Source of the DNA: Myxococcota bacterium
GTDB lineage: Bacteria; Myxococcota_A; UBA9160; JAFDDA01
Length of the DNA stretch: 64,000 bases
Reading direction: 5' to 3'
NCBI GenBank assembly: GCA_965228475.1
Contig: OZ245817.1
Span: 3,008,001 to 3,072,000 of the forward strand
A program made the translations under genes and the position numbers. This document shows positions 1 to 9,042 of this stretch, in pieces; the stretch's first letter is position 1; each line of letters starts with the position of its first letter. The notes under the pieces were generated by a model that saw only the letters and a list, made by a program, of their open reading frames with translations, searched no databases and was not told the DNA's origin.

Positions 1-64
1 GCGCCGCGCCCGAGAGCGAGCCGAGGGCCAGCAGGAAGCGAGAACCGGAGATCGAACCGGCCAT
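1..64 (-). CDS. 5' part of a possible secreted-protein gene running off the window edge (MAGSISGSRFLLALGSLSGAA...)
   Basis: ATG at 64 followed by signal-peptide-like codons; only 21 codons visible. Confidence 0.35.
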   Translation of the reverse strand, partial: MAGSISGSRFLLALGSLSGAA

Positions 65-127
65 CTGGAGGAGGCCAACGGCCGTCAGGAGGACGGCCAG
101 GAACGTGCGGAACCGGGCGGAGGGAAG

Positions 128-160
128 CCTGGCCGCGAGACGCGAGGTCTCGCGGCCAGG
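128..160 (-). terminator. Perfect 14-bp inverted repeat, probable terminator or stabilising hairpin after the PEP-CTERM gene
   Basis: CCTGGCCGCGAGAC (128-141) / GTCTCGCGGCCAGG (147-160), just downstream of stop at 175; weak U tract. Confidence 0.6.
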
Positions 161-174
161 TTGGAGGCCCTGGT

Positions 175-1074
175 TCAGGAGCGGCGCCGCCGTGCGATCG
201 CGACCCCACCGACGACGGTCGCGGCGAAGACCGCGGCCAGCGCCGGCTCGGGGACCGGAATCGTGGCAGCGAGATTGTCCGCGACGATGTTGCCCGTCAC
301 GTTCAGGAACTCGAGCGAAACGATCTCGAGCTCCACGGACGTCACGTTCACGGCGCAGAAGAAGGTCTGGAGCTCACAGCCCGGTGCGGGCTGGCTGACC
401 GGGTCACCGGCCGGAACCTCGAAGCCCACGCCGGGGAGCGGCACCGTCAGCTGCGTGCCGACCTCGGTCGGTCCGCTGAAGAGCCGATCGAGCGTCCCGA
501 GGACCGGAATGTCCACGGGCGTTCCGCCGCCGAAGCTGAACGGCGCGATGTTGATGTCGACGATGCCGTCGGCGCTTCCGCTCGCCGTTGCGCCGAGCAC
601 GATACCGACCGAGGGGAAGATGGCGCTCCAGCCGCCCGGGCCGGGGACCGTCTCCGACGGGATCGGCGAGGTCGTGACCGGTGCGTCGAGCCCGAGCGTG
701 ATCTCGTCCACGTCGATGTTGAGGTCGAAGTTCAGGGTGCCGAGGATGCCGACGTCGATGCCGACGGTGCCGGTCACCGAGCCCGGGTTCGGGTTGCTGA
801 TGTCGATGTCGTTCAGCGTGACCGAGTTGTCCCAGCCGGGCGAGCCCCAGTCGGCCGTGATCGTGCCCTCGGGCGTTGCCGAGAGAGCGCCGGACACCAT
901 GCCGGTTCCATCGAACGTGCCGATGTTCGAGAACACCGTCACCTTGAGCTCACCCTCGATGTCGCCGCTCAGCGTGCTCGTGTTCAAGACGTTGTAGACG
1001 AGAGGCGCCGCGGTGGCCGTCCCGGCAAAACCGGCCGCCAGCGCGAACGCAAAGAGAGACTTCGTGATCCGCAT
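175..1074 (-). CDS. PEP-CTERM sorting-domain surface protein
   Basis: Signal peptide MRITKSLFAFALAAGFAGTATA; C-terminus VPEPALAAVFAATVVGGVAIARRRRS (PEP, TM helix, basic tail). Confidence 0.85.
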   Translation of the reverse strand: MRITKSLFAFALAAGFAGTATAAPLVYNVLNTSTLSGDIEGELKVTVFSNIGTFDGTGMVSGALSATPEGTITADWGSPGWDNSVTLNDIDISNPNPGSVTGTVGIDVGILGTLNFDLNIDVDEITLGLDAPVTTSPIPSETVPGPGGWSAIFPSVGIVLGATASGSADGIVDINIAPFSFGGGTPVDIPVLGTLDRLFSGPTEVGTQLTVPLPGVGFEVPAGDPVSQPAPGCELQTFFCAVNVTSVELEIVSLEFLNVTGNIVADNLAATIPVPEPALAAVFAATVVGGVAIARRRRS

Positions 1075-1213
1075 CCAACACTTCCTTCCCAGCATTCCCG
1101 CGGCCGGTTCCCAGGGCCGGACGCGAGACCGAACATGTGGCGAGAAGGCGGAGCTGCGGTGCCCGCGCTCCTCCCCTTCCCGTGGCAGCCGTGGCTACCG
1201 ACTGAGCGTTAAG

Positions 1214-1230
1214 TGCAAGACTCAGGCCAA
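1214..1230 (-). promoter_or_regulatory. Putative sigma54 -24/-12 promoter
   Basis: Minus strand TTGGCCTGAGTCTTGCA = GG-N10-GC, upstream of the PEP-CTERM gene. Confidence 0.6.
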
Positions 1231-1304
1231 GGTCCCTTGCAACACGATTTCAGGGACTTGGCGCTCTCGGCCCGCCGGATCGGGCCGGATCGAGCCCCCT
1301 CGAC

Positions 1305-1340
1305 GGAAAACCTTTTCCATTGGAACGGAAGCTCCATTCC
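1305..1340. promoter_or_regulatory. Paired GGAA-N6-TTCC palindromes, candidate enhancer (UAS) sites
   Basis: GGAAAACCTTTTCC (1305-1318) and GGAAGCTCCATTCC (1327-1340), 22-bp period. Confidence 0.5.
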
Positions 1341-1353
1341 GCGGACCGTGTGT

Positions 1354-3096
1354 TCAGAGCCCCTGCGCGCCGAGCGGGGTCTGGCGCCGGAGCTGATCCC
1401 GGAGCCCCTCGATCCGGGCGTCGGGGTGGAGGGCGAGGCTCTCGTCGGCCAGCGCCAGGGCCTGCCGGGGCTCGCCGAGCGCCGAGAGCAGGCCGATGCG
1501 CACGCGCCGACGCCAGAGGTCGAGATCCGCGCGTCCGGCTTCGGGGAGCCGGGAGAGTGAGGCGGGGTCGGCCGCTTCCCAGTCCGCGCCGGCGGGCTCG
1601 CGAACGAAGACGGCCGCGACATCGTCGAGCCAGACCATCCGCCAGTCCGGGTCGCGATGCAGCTCAGAGAGCAGCGACGTATCGGGCAGGAGCGCGTGAT
1701 GGAGGAGCGCGGTGCCGAAGCGATAGCGCCGCTCGAGGCGCCGGAAGTTCTCCGGGCGGCCGCCGTCCTCGACCTCGAAGTCCGCGAAACGCTCGGCCCC
1801 GAACACCTCGAGCCGGCCGTCGACGAGCACCCGGTACGCCGGGAAGAGGCGCGCGATGAGATAGCCCCCGTCGCCCATGCGGTGATAGATCGGGCCGGGT
1901 GGCCGCTCCCGCTCGATCCAGTCCACGGCCGCTTCGGGATACTGGAGCGGGAACAGCGCCGGAGCCGAGCGGCCTTCCGACCCCCAGGCACCTTCGAGGC
2001 TGCGCGCCGCGAACACGCCTCCGAGCAGAACGAGCAGGGCCAGGACGCCGGCGTTCGCGTAGCGACGAAGCCGAGCCGGAACCCGCGTCGCGACGGCGGC
2101 GCCGAGGCTGCGGTTCACGAGCGGAACGGCCACGACGGCGAACAGCGCGAGGTTCCGGCGCGCGGAGAACGCGAGGTACAGGAAGGCGAGCCCGAGCAGC
2201 AGGTCGAAGGCCGAGACTTCGCGCCCCCGCAACGCCCAGCCGAGGAGCAGGAGGGCGATCAACGCCCAGACCGGCGCGAGCGCGGCCACACCCAGCTCGA
2301 GCGACGGCCGCAGCTCGAGGATCACGCGGCCGAACACCCCGCGGTCCTGCCAGCCGCCGATCATGCCGAGCTGCTCGAGCGGAAAGAGCACGCCCTCGAG
2401 GCCGTTCGGGTTCGCAAAGGACACCGCCCCGGAAAGCGCGCCTGCGACGACCAGGGGAAGCCAGCGCGCCCGGCGGTGGCGTTCGCCGGGAACCATCCAC
2501 GGCCGCAGCAGCTCGGCCAGGAACGCCATGCCGAGGACCGCCAACCCCACCGCGAACAGTCCGTGCACGTTCGCCCAGACGAGCTGCAGCGGCACGACCG
2601 CCAGGACGCCCCACCCCCCCGAACGCTCGTGGCGAAAGAGCAGAGCGAGCAACGCGAGCAGCAGGACGAAGGAGAGCAGGTCCGGGCGTTCGAGGAAGCG
2701 GCTCGAACCGATCGCGGCGAGCAACGCCACCGCGACGCCGGTCACGCCCGCGGCGCCGCGGCGGAAGCCGATCGCCGCCGCGCCCCCGAGCACGAGCCAG
2801 ACGAGGCCACCCTTGGCGAGCCGGACCGCCTCGTGCCCGCCGAGCTGGTGCAGGCCGTGGAGCCCGACCTGGAAGAGCCAGTGGAGATCGATCCAGCGGG
2901 CGCCGGGCACCGTGTAGGTGTAGGCGTCCACGCGGGGCACCTCGCCGTGGGCGACGATCCACTCCCCCGTCGCCAGGTGCCACCAGTAGTCGAAGCTGCG
3001 GATCGGCACGAACCCGACCGCCGCCCCGAACAGCGCGATGACGAGCAGAAGAAGTGCAGGCCCGAAGAATCGTTCGAGCGGCGGTGTGCGTTCCAT
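1354..3096 (-). CDS. Polytopic membrane protein, GT-C glycosyltransferase-like, with C-terminal TPR-like helices
   Basis: DYWWHLATGEWI after first TM, many TM segments, ERPD and WANVHG motifs, periplasmic DGRLEVFG; GAGGAGG RBS. Confidence 0.65.
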   Translation of the reverse strand: MERTPPLERFFGPALLLLVIALFGAAVGFVPIRSFDYWWHLATGEWIVAHGEVPRVDAYTYTVPGARWIDLHWLFQVGLHGLHQLGGHEAVRLAKGGLVWLVLGGAAAIGFRRGAAGVTGVAVALLAAIGSSRFLERPDLLSFVLLLALLALLFRHERSGGWGVLAVVPLQLVWANVHGLFAVGLAVLGMAFLAELLRPWMVPGERHRRARWLPLVVAGALSGAVSFANPNGLEGVLFPLEQLGMIGGWQDRGVFGRVILELRPSLELGVAALAPVWALIALLLLGWALRGREVSAFDLLLGLAFLYLAFSARRNLALFAVVAVPLVNRSLGAAVATRVPARLRRYANAGVLALLVLLGGVFAARSLEGAWGSEGRSAPALFPLQYPEAAVDWIERERPPGPIYHRMGDGGYLIARLFPAYRVLVDGRLEVFGAERFADFEVEDGGRPENFRRLERRYRFGTALLHHALLPDTSLLSELHRDPDWRMVWLDDVAAVFVREPAGADWEAADPASLSRLPEAGRADLDLWRRRVRIGLLSALGEPRQALALADESLALHPDARIEGLRDQLRRQTPLGAQGL

Positions 3097-3196
3097 CCCC
3101 TCCTCGGGCCGCGAGCAGCATACCGGAAGGCATCCCCGCGAGGCCGAGCCCCGAACCCGCTTGCCTCGCCGCCCCCGGGCGACGGATAATCCGCGG

Positions 3197-4927
3197 ATGC
3201 GGATGCGCCCTCTCCTGCTGTGCTCCTTCCTCCTCGCCGGCTCCCCGGCCGCGGCAGAGACCTACACCGACGTGACCGCGGCTGCCGGCATCGCCGGGCC
3301 GCAGCACGTCTGGAACCTCCCGCCCGACTGCCTGATCGCCGGCGTCTTCTGCGAGCCCGAGCGCATGAGCGGCGGTGCGGCCGTGGGCGACGTCGACGGT
3401 GACGGCTGGGACGACCTGCTCGTCACACGGCTCGAAGCTCCGGACGTGCTGTTCCGCAATCTCGGCGACGGCACCTTCAGCGACGTCACGGCGGGCTCGG
3501 GGCTCGACCTCCACTCGCGCAACACCAACGGCGCGCTCTTCCTCGACGTCGACAAGGACGGCGATCTCGACCTCTACGTGACGACCCTCGCGGAGGACGC
3601 CCACCTCCTCTTCATCAACGACGGCACGGGCACCTTCAGCGAGGAGGCGGCGGTGCGCGGCGCGGACGTGTTCTCGAGCGGAACGCGCATCGGCTACGGC
3701 CTCGCCGCGGGCGACTTCGACAAGGACGGCTGGCCGGATCTCTACGTCGGCGAGTGGCGGCCCTCGGGCCTCGCGGCGCCGGGCACCTCGAACAGCCGCC
3801 TGCTGCGGAACCGCGGCGCGGCGGCCCCCGGGCACTTCGAAGACGTGACCCTGGCCGCGGGGGTGCAGCCCGCCGTCGTGATCCCGAACGAATCCTGGGT
3901 GTTCGCGCCCGCCTTCGTCGACCTCGACGGCGACTCCTGGCCGGACCTCACCCTGACCTCGGACTTCGGCACGACGCTGCTCTTCTGGAACGACGGCGAC
4001 GGAACCTTCACCGAGGACACGGCCGGTGCGGGCGTCGGCACCGACGAGAACGGCATGGGCTCGACCTTCGGCGACTACGACGGCGACGGCGACCTCGACT
4101 GGTTCGTCACCTCGATCTTCGACCCGGCCGAGACCTGCGAGACGGTCTCCTGCGGCTGGGGCTACAGCGGGAACCGCCTCTTCCGCAACGAAGGCGGGCG
4201 GAGCTTCACGGACCAGACCGATTCGGCCGGCGTCCGCGAGGGCTACTGGGGCTGGGGCGCGGCGTTCTTCGATTCCGACAACGACGGCGATCTCGACCTC
4301 GTCCAGACGAACGGCGTCGACTTCCCGGACGGCACGGGCGGCGTCCCGGTGGGCATCGACGCCGACTGGGAGATGGACCCGATGCGCTTCTGGCGCAACG
4401 ACGGCACCGGCGTCATGAGCGAGGTCTCCGCGGCCGTCGGGCTGACCGACACGGGCTCGGGCAAGGGCCTGCTCGTCTTCGACTACGACCGCGACGGCGA
4501 TCAGGACGTCCTCATCGCGAACAACCAGACCGGGCCGCTCCTCTACCGCAACGACGGCGGCAACGCGAACGAGTGGCTGCGCGTCCGGGTCGTCGGGCGC
4601 GGCGACACGACGAGCGGCTTCGGCACGCGCATCCAAATCTCCGTCACCGGCCCGAGCGACGAGCAGGTCCGCATCCTCGGGGCGACCTCGCATTTCCTCG
4701 GCCAGAGCGAGCGGACGGCGCACTTCGGGCTCGGCGCGGCCACCCAGGTGGCGACCCTCGAGGTCAAGTTCCCGAACGGTGCGAAGCGGATCCTGAAGAA
4801 CGTGCCGTCGGGGCAGGAGATCGTGATCGACCAGGCGGAACTCGGCTGCGGGCTCCTCGGGGTCGAGGCGTGGCCCGCCCTCGCCTGCTGGCTCGCGCGT
4901 CGACGGCGGCGCCCGGCCCTGCGCTAG
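3197..4927 (+). CDS. CRTAC1-family FG-GAP repeat / ASPIC-UnbV protein with C-terminal GCGLLG-TM-basic tail
   Basis: Repeated DxDxDGxxDL motifs, AHFGLG ASPIC motif, signal peptide. Confidence 0.85.
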   Translation: MRMRPLLLCSFLLAGSPAAAETYTDVTAAAGIAGPQHVWNLPPDCLIAGVFCEPERMSGGAAVGDVDGDGWDDLLVTRLEAPDVLFRNLGDGTFSDVTAGSGLDLHSRNTNGALFLDVDKDGDLDLYVTTLAEDAHLLFINDGTGTFSEEAAVRGADVFSSGTRIGYGLAAGDFDKDGWPDLYVGEWRPSGLAAPGTSNSRLLRNRGAAAPGHFEDVTLAAGVQPAVVIPNESWVFAPAFVDLDGDSWPDLTLTSDFGTTLLFWNDGDGTFTEDTAGAGVGTDENGMGSTFGDYDGDGDLDWFVTSIFDPAETCETVSCGWGYSGNRLFRNEGGRSFTDQTDSAGVREGYWGWGAAFFDSDNDGDLDLVQTNGVDFPDGTGGVPVGIDADWEMDPMRFWRNDGTGVMSEVSAAVGLTDTGSGKGLLVFDYDRDGDQDVLIANNQTGPLLYRNDGGNANEWLRVRVVGRGDTTSGFGTRIQISVTGPSDEQVRILGATSHFLGQSERTAHFGLGAATQVATLEVKFPNGAKRILKNVPSGQEIVIDQAELGCGLLGVEAWPALACWLARRRRRPALR

Positions 4928-6126
4928 CGACCGGCCTCGGCCCCCTCGGACAGGTAGGAGAGCGCCATCGCCGCGTGGAGCGCCACGCCCGTCGCGAAGG
5001 CGGACTCGTTCAGCACCATCCGGTTCGAGTGGATGGGCGCGGCCGGCCCGTCGTCCGGGCGCGCGCCCAGGAAGACCATCGCCCCTGGGACCTCGTTCAG
5101 GACGTAGGAGAAGTCCTCGGCGCCCATGATCGGCGCGGGCATGTCGATCCAGCGCTCCTCACCGATCATCTCGGAGGCCACGCGGCGCGTGAAGTCCGCG
5201 AAGCCCGCATCGTTCGAGGTCACGCCGTAGCCCGGAAAGAGGCGCACCTCGCCCTCCATCTGGTGGGCCGCGCAGATGCCCTGCACCACGCGCTCGAGGC
5301 CCTCCCGCATCCGCTTCCGCGTGCGCTCCGAGACGGTGCGGATCGTCCCCATCAGCTGGGCGAGCTCGGGCACGACGTTGAAGGCGGTCCCCGCCTTCAC
5401 CTGGGTGACGGAACAGACGGCGGGATCGAACACGTCGACGCGGCGGGTGACGAGGCTCTGCAGGGCCGCGACGATCTCGCACGCCACCGGGATCGGATCG
5501 CGTGCGTGGTGGGGCATCGAGGCGTGCCCGCCCTTCCCCTTCACGTCGACGACGAAGGCGTCGGCGGCGGCGAGGAGCGCGCCCGGGCGCGAGGCCACCG
5601 CACCCGCGGGCACCGTCGGGTCCACGTGGATCGCGAAGGCCGCCTCGACCTTGGGCCCCTCGAGCAGCCCCTCGTCGATCATGTAGCGGGCGCCGCCCAG
5701 GCCCTCCTCCCCGGGCTGGAACATGAACTTCACGTTGCCCGCGAGGGCCTCGCGCCGGCTCGCGAGCAGGCGGGCCCCGGAGGCGAGCATGGCGACGTGG
5801 GCGTCGTGGCCGCAGGCGTGCATGCGCCCGTCTTCCTTCGAGGCGTAGGCGAGGCCGGTGTCTTCGGGCATCGGGAGCGCGTCGGTATCGGCGCGCAGGA
5901 GGATCGTCGGGCCGGGCTTCGCACCGCGCAGCAGGGCGACGACGCCGGTCGTCTTCTCGTGCTGTTCGACCTCGAGATCGAGACCCTCGAGGGAGTCCAG
6001 GATCGCCTCGCGCGTCCGCGGATTCTCGAGCCCGAGCTCCGGGTGCTCGTGGATCCGGCGCCGCAGGGCGACGGTCTCCGGCAGCAGGGCACGGGCCTCG
6101 TTCAGCAGTTCGGGATCGATGGACAT
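4924..6126 (-). CDS. M20 family amidohydrolase (hippurate hydrolase-like)
   Basis: LRADTDALP, MHACGHDAH, FQPGEEG, GKGGHAS, AEDFS motifs. Confidence 0.9.
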   Translation of the reverse strand: MSIDPELLNEARALLPETVALRRRIHEHPELGLENPRTREAILDSLEGLDLEVEQHEKTTGVVALLRGAKPGPTILLRADTDALPMPEDTGLAYASKEDGRMHACGHDAHVAMLASGARLLASRREALAGNVKFMFQPGEEGLGGARYMIDEGLLEGPKVEAAFAIHVDPTVPAGAVASRPGALLAAADAFVVDVKGKGGHASMPHHARDPIPVACEIVAALQSLVTRRVDVFDPAVCSVTQVKAGTAFNVVPELAQLMGTIRTVSERTRKRMREGLERVVQGICAAHQMEGEVRLFPGYGVTSNDAGFADFTRRVASEMIGEERWIDMPAPIMGAEDFSYVLNEVPGAMVFLGARPDDGPAAPIHSNRMVLNESAFATGVALHAAMALSYLSEGAEAGR

Positions 6127-6201
6127 CGCGAGCCTCCCGGGCGACCCGAAGCGGCGGCGCGCCTATCGGGACGGTGCGCGCCATTGTAGGCTCTCGCGCC
6201 C

Positions 6202-6921
6202 ATGGCCCGCCCCCTCGTCCGCAAGAACTCCGGCAGCACACGCCCGATCCCCGCCCGTTCCCCGGGAACCCTCGGTGGATCGATCGAGCAGCGCATCCCC
6301 CGCTGCCGCCGCTGTCCGCGCCTCGCGGGCTTCCTGGCCGATTCGCGCAAGAAGCGGCCCGACTACTGGAACCGCCCGGTGCCCGGTTTCGGCGACCCGC
6401 ACGCCTGGCTCGTGATCGTCGGCCTCGCCCCCGGGCTCCACGGCGCGAACCGGACCGGGCGCCCCTTCCAGGGGGATGCCTCGGGCGAATGGCTCTACGG
6501 AAGCCTCGAACGCGCGGGGCACTGGGACGGCGAGCGGCTGCGCGGCGCCTACATCGTGAACGCCGTGAAGTGCGTCCCGCCGGCGAACCGCCCCACCGGC
6601 GAGGAGATCACGCGCTGCGCACCGTGGCTGGCGGAGGAGTTCGAACGTCTCGATCGCGCGCGGGTGGTCGTGGCGCTCGGGCAGATCGCCCACCGCGCGG
6701 TCCTGCGGACCTGGGAGCAGACGCCGCTCTCCCACCACCCCTTCGGCCACGGCGTCGTCCACCGCTTCCCGGGCCGCCCGGCGCTCCTCTCGAGCTACCA
6801 CCCTTCGCGCCAGAACACGAACACCGGCACGCTGACCCGGGCGATGTGGGGCCGCATCTGGACCCGCGCCGCACGCTTCGCTCCCGAGCCGCACCCGGGA
6901 AAGCGGGGGCGCCGGCGTTGA
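6202..6921 (+). CDS. udgB: Uracil-DNA glycosylase family 5 (Fe-S)
   Basis: CRRC, GLAPGLHGANRTGRPF, YHPSRQNTNTG. Confidence 0.85.
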   Translation: MARPLVRKNSGSTRPIPARSPGTLGGSIEQRIPRCRRCPRLAGFLADSRKKRPDYWNRPVPGFGDPHAWLVIVGLAPGLHGANRTGRPFQGDASGEWLYGSLERAGHWDGERLRGAYIVNAVKCVPPANRPTGEEITRCAPWLAEEFERLDRARVVVALGQIAHRAVLRTWEQTPLSHHPFGHGVVHRFPGRPALLSSYHPSRQNTNTGTLTRAMWGRIWTRAARFAPEPHPGKRGRRR

Positions 6922-7199
6922 GCGGCGCGGAGCCCGTGCGCAGGCGCCTGCGCATCGAGGGGCGCGTCCAGGGAGTGAGCTTCCGCTACTCGACCACGCA
7001 GGTCGCACGCCGTCTCGGCCTCGGCGGGTACGTCCGCAACCTGCCGGACGGGAGCGTCGAAGCCGCCTTCGAGGGGCCTCCGGGACCCGTCGCCGAAGCC
7101 GAGGCGTTCTGCCAGACCGGGCCCCGCCAAGCCCGGGTGGACCGCGTCGAAGCCCGCGACGAAGCCACCGAAGGCGCCACGGAGTTCGAGATCCGATGA
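6918..7199 (+). CDS. acyP: Acylphosphatase
   Basis: GRVQGVSFR and GYVRNLPDGSVE; TTG start overlapping upstream stop. Confidence 0.9.
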   Translation: MSGAEPVRRRLRIEGRVQGVSFRYSTTQVARRLGLGGYVRNLPDGSVEAAFEGPPGPVAEAEAFCQTGPRQARVDRVEARDEATEGATEFEIR

Positions 7200-7657
7200 A
7201 GCCGCAGCGCCTGAAGATCCTCGGCGCCCTGCTCGCGGCCGCCGCGCTCGCCTGCACGGACGCCGGCTCGGGCCTTCCGCGCGGCGAGGTCACCATCCGG
7301 GGGACGACCGTCGGCGTGGACGTCGCCAACACGCCCGCCCGCCGCGCCCAGGGGCTCTCGGGCCGCCCGGAGCTGGCGAACGGCGAGGGCATGCTCTTCC
7401 TGCACGAAGAGCCGGGCCGCCACGGCTACTGGATGAAGGACATGCACTTCGAGATCGACATCCTGTGGCTGCGCGCCGGCCGCATCGTCGACATCGCCCA
7501 CCGCGCCGCGCCGCTCCCGGCGGGCACCCCGGAGAGCGAACTCCCCGTGCATCAGCCGCGCCGCGAAGCGGATGCCGTGCTCGAGGTGCCGGGCGGGTTC
7601 GCCCGGATGCACGGCTGGGACGTCGGCTCCCGGGTCGAGATCGAGCTGAAGGAGTAG
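7196..7657 (+). CDS. DUF192 family lipoprotein
   Basis: VANTPARRAQGLSGR, GMLF, WMKDM, VLEVPGG; lipobox-like ALAC. Confidence 0.85.
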   Translation: MKPQRLKILGALLAAAALACTDAGSGLPRGEVTIRGTTVGVDVANTPARRAQGLSGRPELANGEGMLFLHEEPGRHGYWMKDMHFEIDILWLRAGRIVDIAHRAAPLPAGTPESELPVHQPRREADAVLEVPGGFARMHGWDVGSRVEIELKE

Positions 7658-7672
7658 GCGCGCGCCGGCGGC

Positions 7673-8968
7673 CTAGGGGCCGAGGAAGCCGACCTTCGCG
7701 GCCGACGGGAACTCGGCGAGGATCGATTCCTTCACCGCGCGTTCGAGGCCGTCGAGGTCGCGGCCCACGGCCTCCCGGAGCGCGTCGTCCTGGGAGTCGC
7801 CCCGGGCCAGGGCCGCCAGCAGGCGCGCGCGCTTCCAGCTGTCGGTCCGCTCGACGAGCCACTGCGCCGCCGCGGTGGAGATCGTGTACGCGATGCGCGC
7901 GTCGTCGCCCTCGAGCCCGGCGAAGCTCGGCGAGAGCCGGTAGAGCGGAATCCACGTCCCGCTGCGGATCCGGTCGCGCAGGCGGATGCGCTCGGAGCGC
8001 GAGAGGATCTCCTCCTGCCGCGACGTGCGCTCCGCCATCTCCGCGAGCCCTTCGTTCAGCCAGTAGGGCCGGTCGCCGCCGGTCTGCTCGCGAAAGAGGG
8101 CGTGGGTGTACTCGTGGAAGAGCAGCGAGCGGAGTTCGCCCTCCGGGTGCGCGGCCGAGACGACGTGGATGCGGCCGTCGTAGAAACCGACCGTGTCGAA
8201 GGAGAAGCGGTGCGCGTGGGCGCGGACGTAGGCCGCCTTGCCGTAGAGCACGACGGTCGTCGGCTCCTGCGGGCGGACGCCCCATTGCCGGACCAGGTGC
8301 TCGTGGGCCTCCTCGAGGTAGCGGGAGACCGTGCGCGCGTAGTCGGGCGTGCGCAGCGCCAGGGCGCGGTCGTAGCGAACGACGAAGTTCGGGCTCTCGA
8401 CGCGGCGGAACGTCGCCGGCCCGGTGTCCGCGCGCAGGAGCCGCCGCTCGTCTTCGAGGGCCGCGAGCCGCTCCTTCGCCGAAGAACGCCAGGTCTCGAG
8501 CTCCGGCCCCGCGTGGGTCAGGAAGGATCGCAGGTGGTCCTCGGCGGTCCGGAAGTGCCCGCGCTGCCGTTCGAGCAGCGCCAGGTACCAGTGGGCGTGG
8601 GCGTTGTTCGGGTCCTGCTCGAGGACGCGGCGCAGCGTCGTGGTGGCGCGGGCCGTCTCCCCCGCGCGCAGGTCGTCGAGGGCACCGCGCAGCTCGCGCA
8701 CCCGCCGCCGTTCGGGGCGGTTCGAATCGGAGACCAGGGGCTCGCCCGCCGGACCGAGGATCTCCCCGTCCCAGAGTCCGCCGAGTTCGACGTCCTCGCC
8801 GACCACCGAACGCTTCGACGGGGGCACCTTGGACGGGTCGCTGGTGAGATGGGTGGTGCCGTTCTCGTCCACCCAGACGAAGGTCTCCGCCGCAGCGTGG
8901 GCAGCGAGAAGGAGGGCAGAGGTCACCAGGAACGAGGCCGCTCGGAGGCGGGTCGACAGAGCGCGCAT
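7673..8968 (-). CDS. DUF4124 + TPR + peptidase MA-like metallopeptidase
   Basis: WVDENGTTHLTSDP (DUF4124), TPR helices, HEYTH...WLNEGLAE zinc motif. Confidence 0.75.
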   Translation of the reverse strand: MRALSTRLRAASFLVTSALLLAAHAAAETFVWVDENGTTHLTSDPSKVPPSKRSVVGEDVELGGLWDGEILGPAGEPLVSDSNRPERRRVRELRGALDDLRAGETARATTTLRRVLEQDPNNAHAHWYLALLERQRGHFRTAEDHLRSFLTHAGPELETWRSSAKERLAALEDERRLLRADTGPATFRRVESPNFVVRYDRALALRTPDYARTVSRYLEEAHEHLVRQWGVRPQEPTTVVLYGKAAYVRAHAHRFSFDTVGFYDGRIHVVSAAHPEGELRSLLFHEYTHALFREQTGGDRPYWLNEGLAEMAERTSRQEEILSRSERIRLRDRIRSGTWIPLYRLSPSFAGLEGDDARIAYTISTAAAQWLVERTDSWKRARLLAALARGDSQDDALREAVGRDLDGLERAVKESILAEFPSAAKVGFLGP

Positions 8969-9042
8969 CCCTTGTTTTTCGGCCGGTTGCGGCCCGGGCT
9001 TGAAGCGCTTCGCGAGAGCGGGCGGAGGGCCCGGGCTCTCCC

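Noticed and set aside
3380..4560. Recurring GACxxCGACGGCGAC motifs as a possible CRISPR or DNA repeat array
   Set aside because: They encode FG-GAP DxDxDG calcium-binding repeats; irregular spacing and degenerate sequence
1664..4723. Very long alternative-frame ORFs (e.g. 1664-4723, 15723-19268, 37606-40023, 40337-43525, 56761-58716)
   Set aside because: Arg/Ala/Gly/Pro-rich shadows antisense to or overlapping well-supported genes; expected in high-GC DNA with few stop codons
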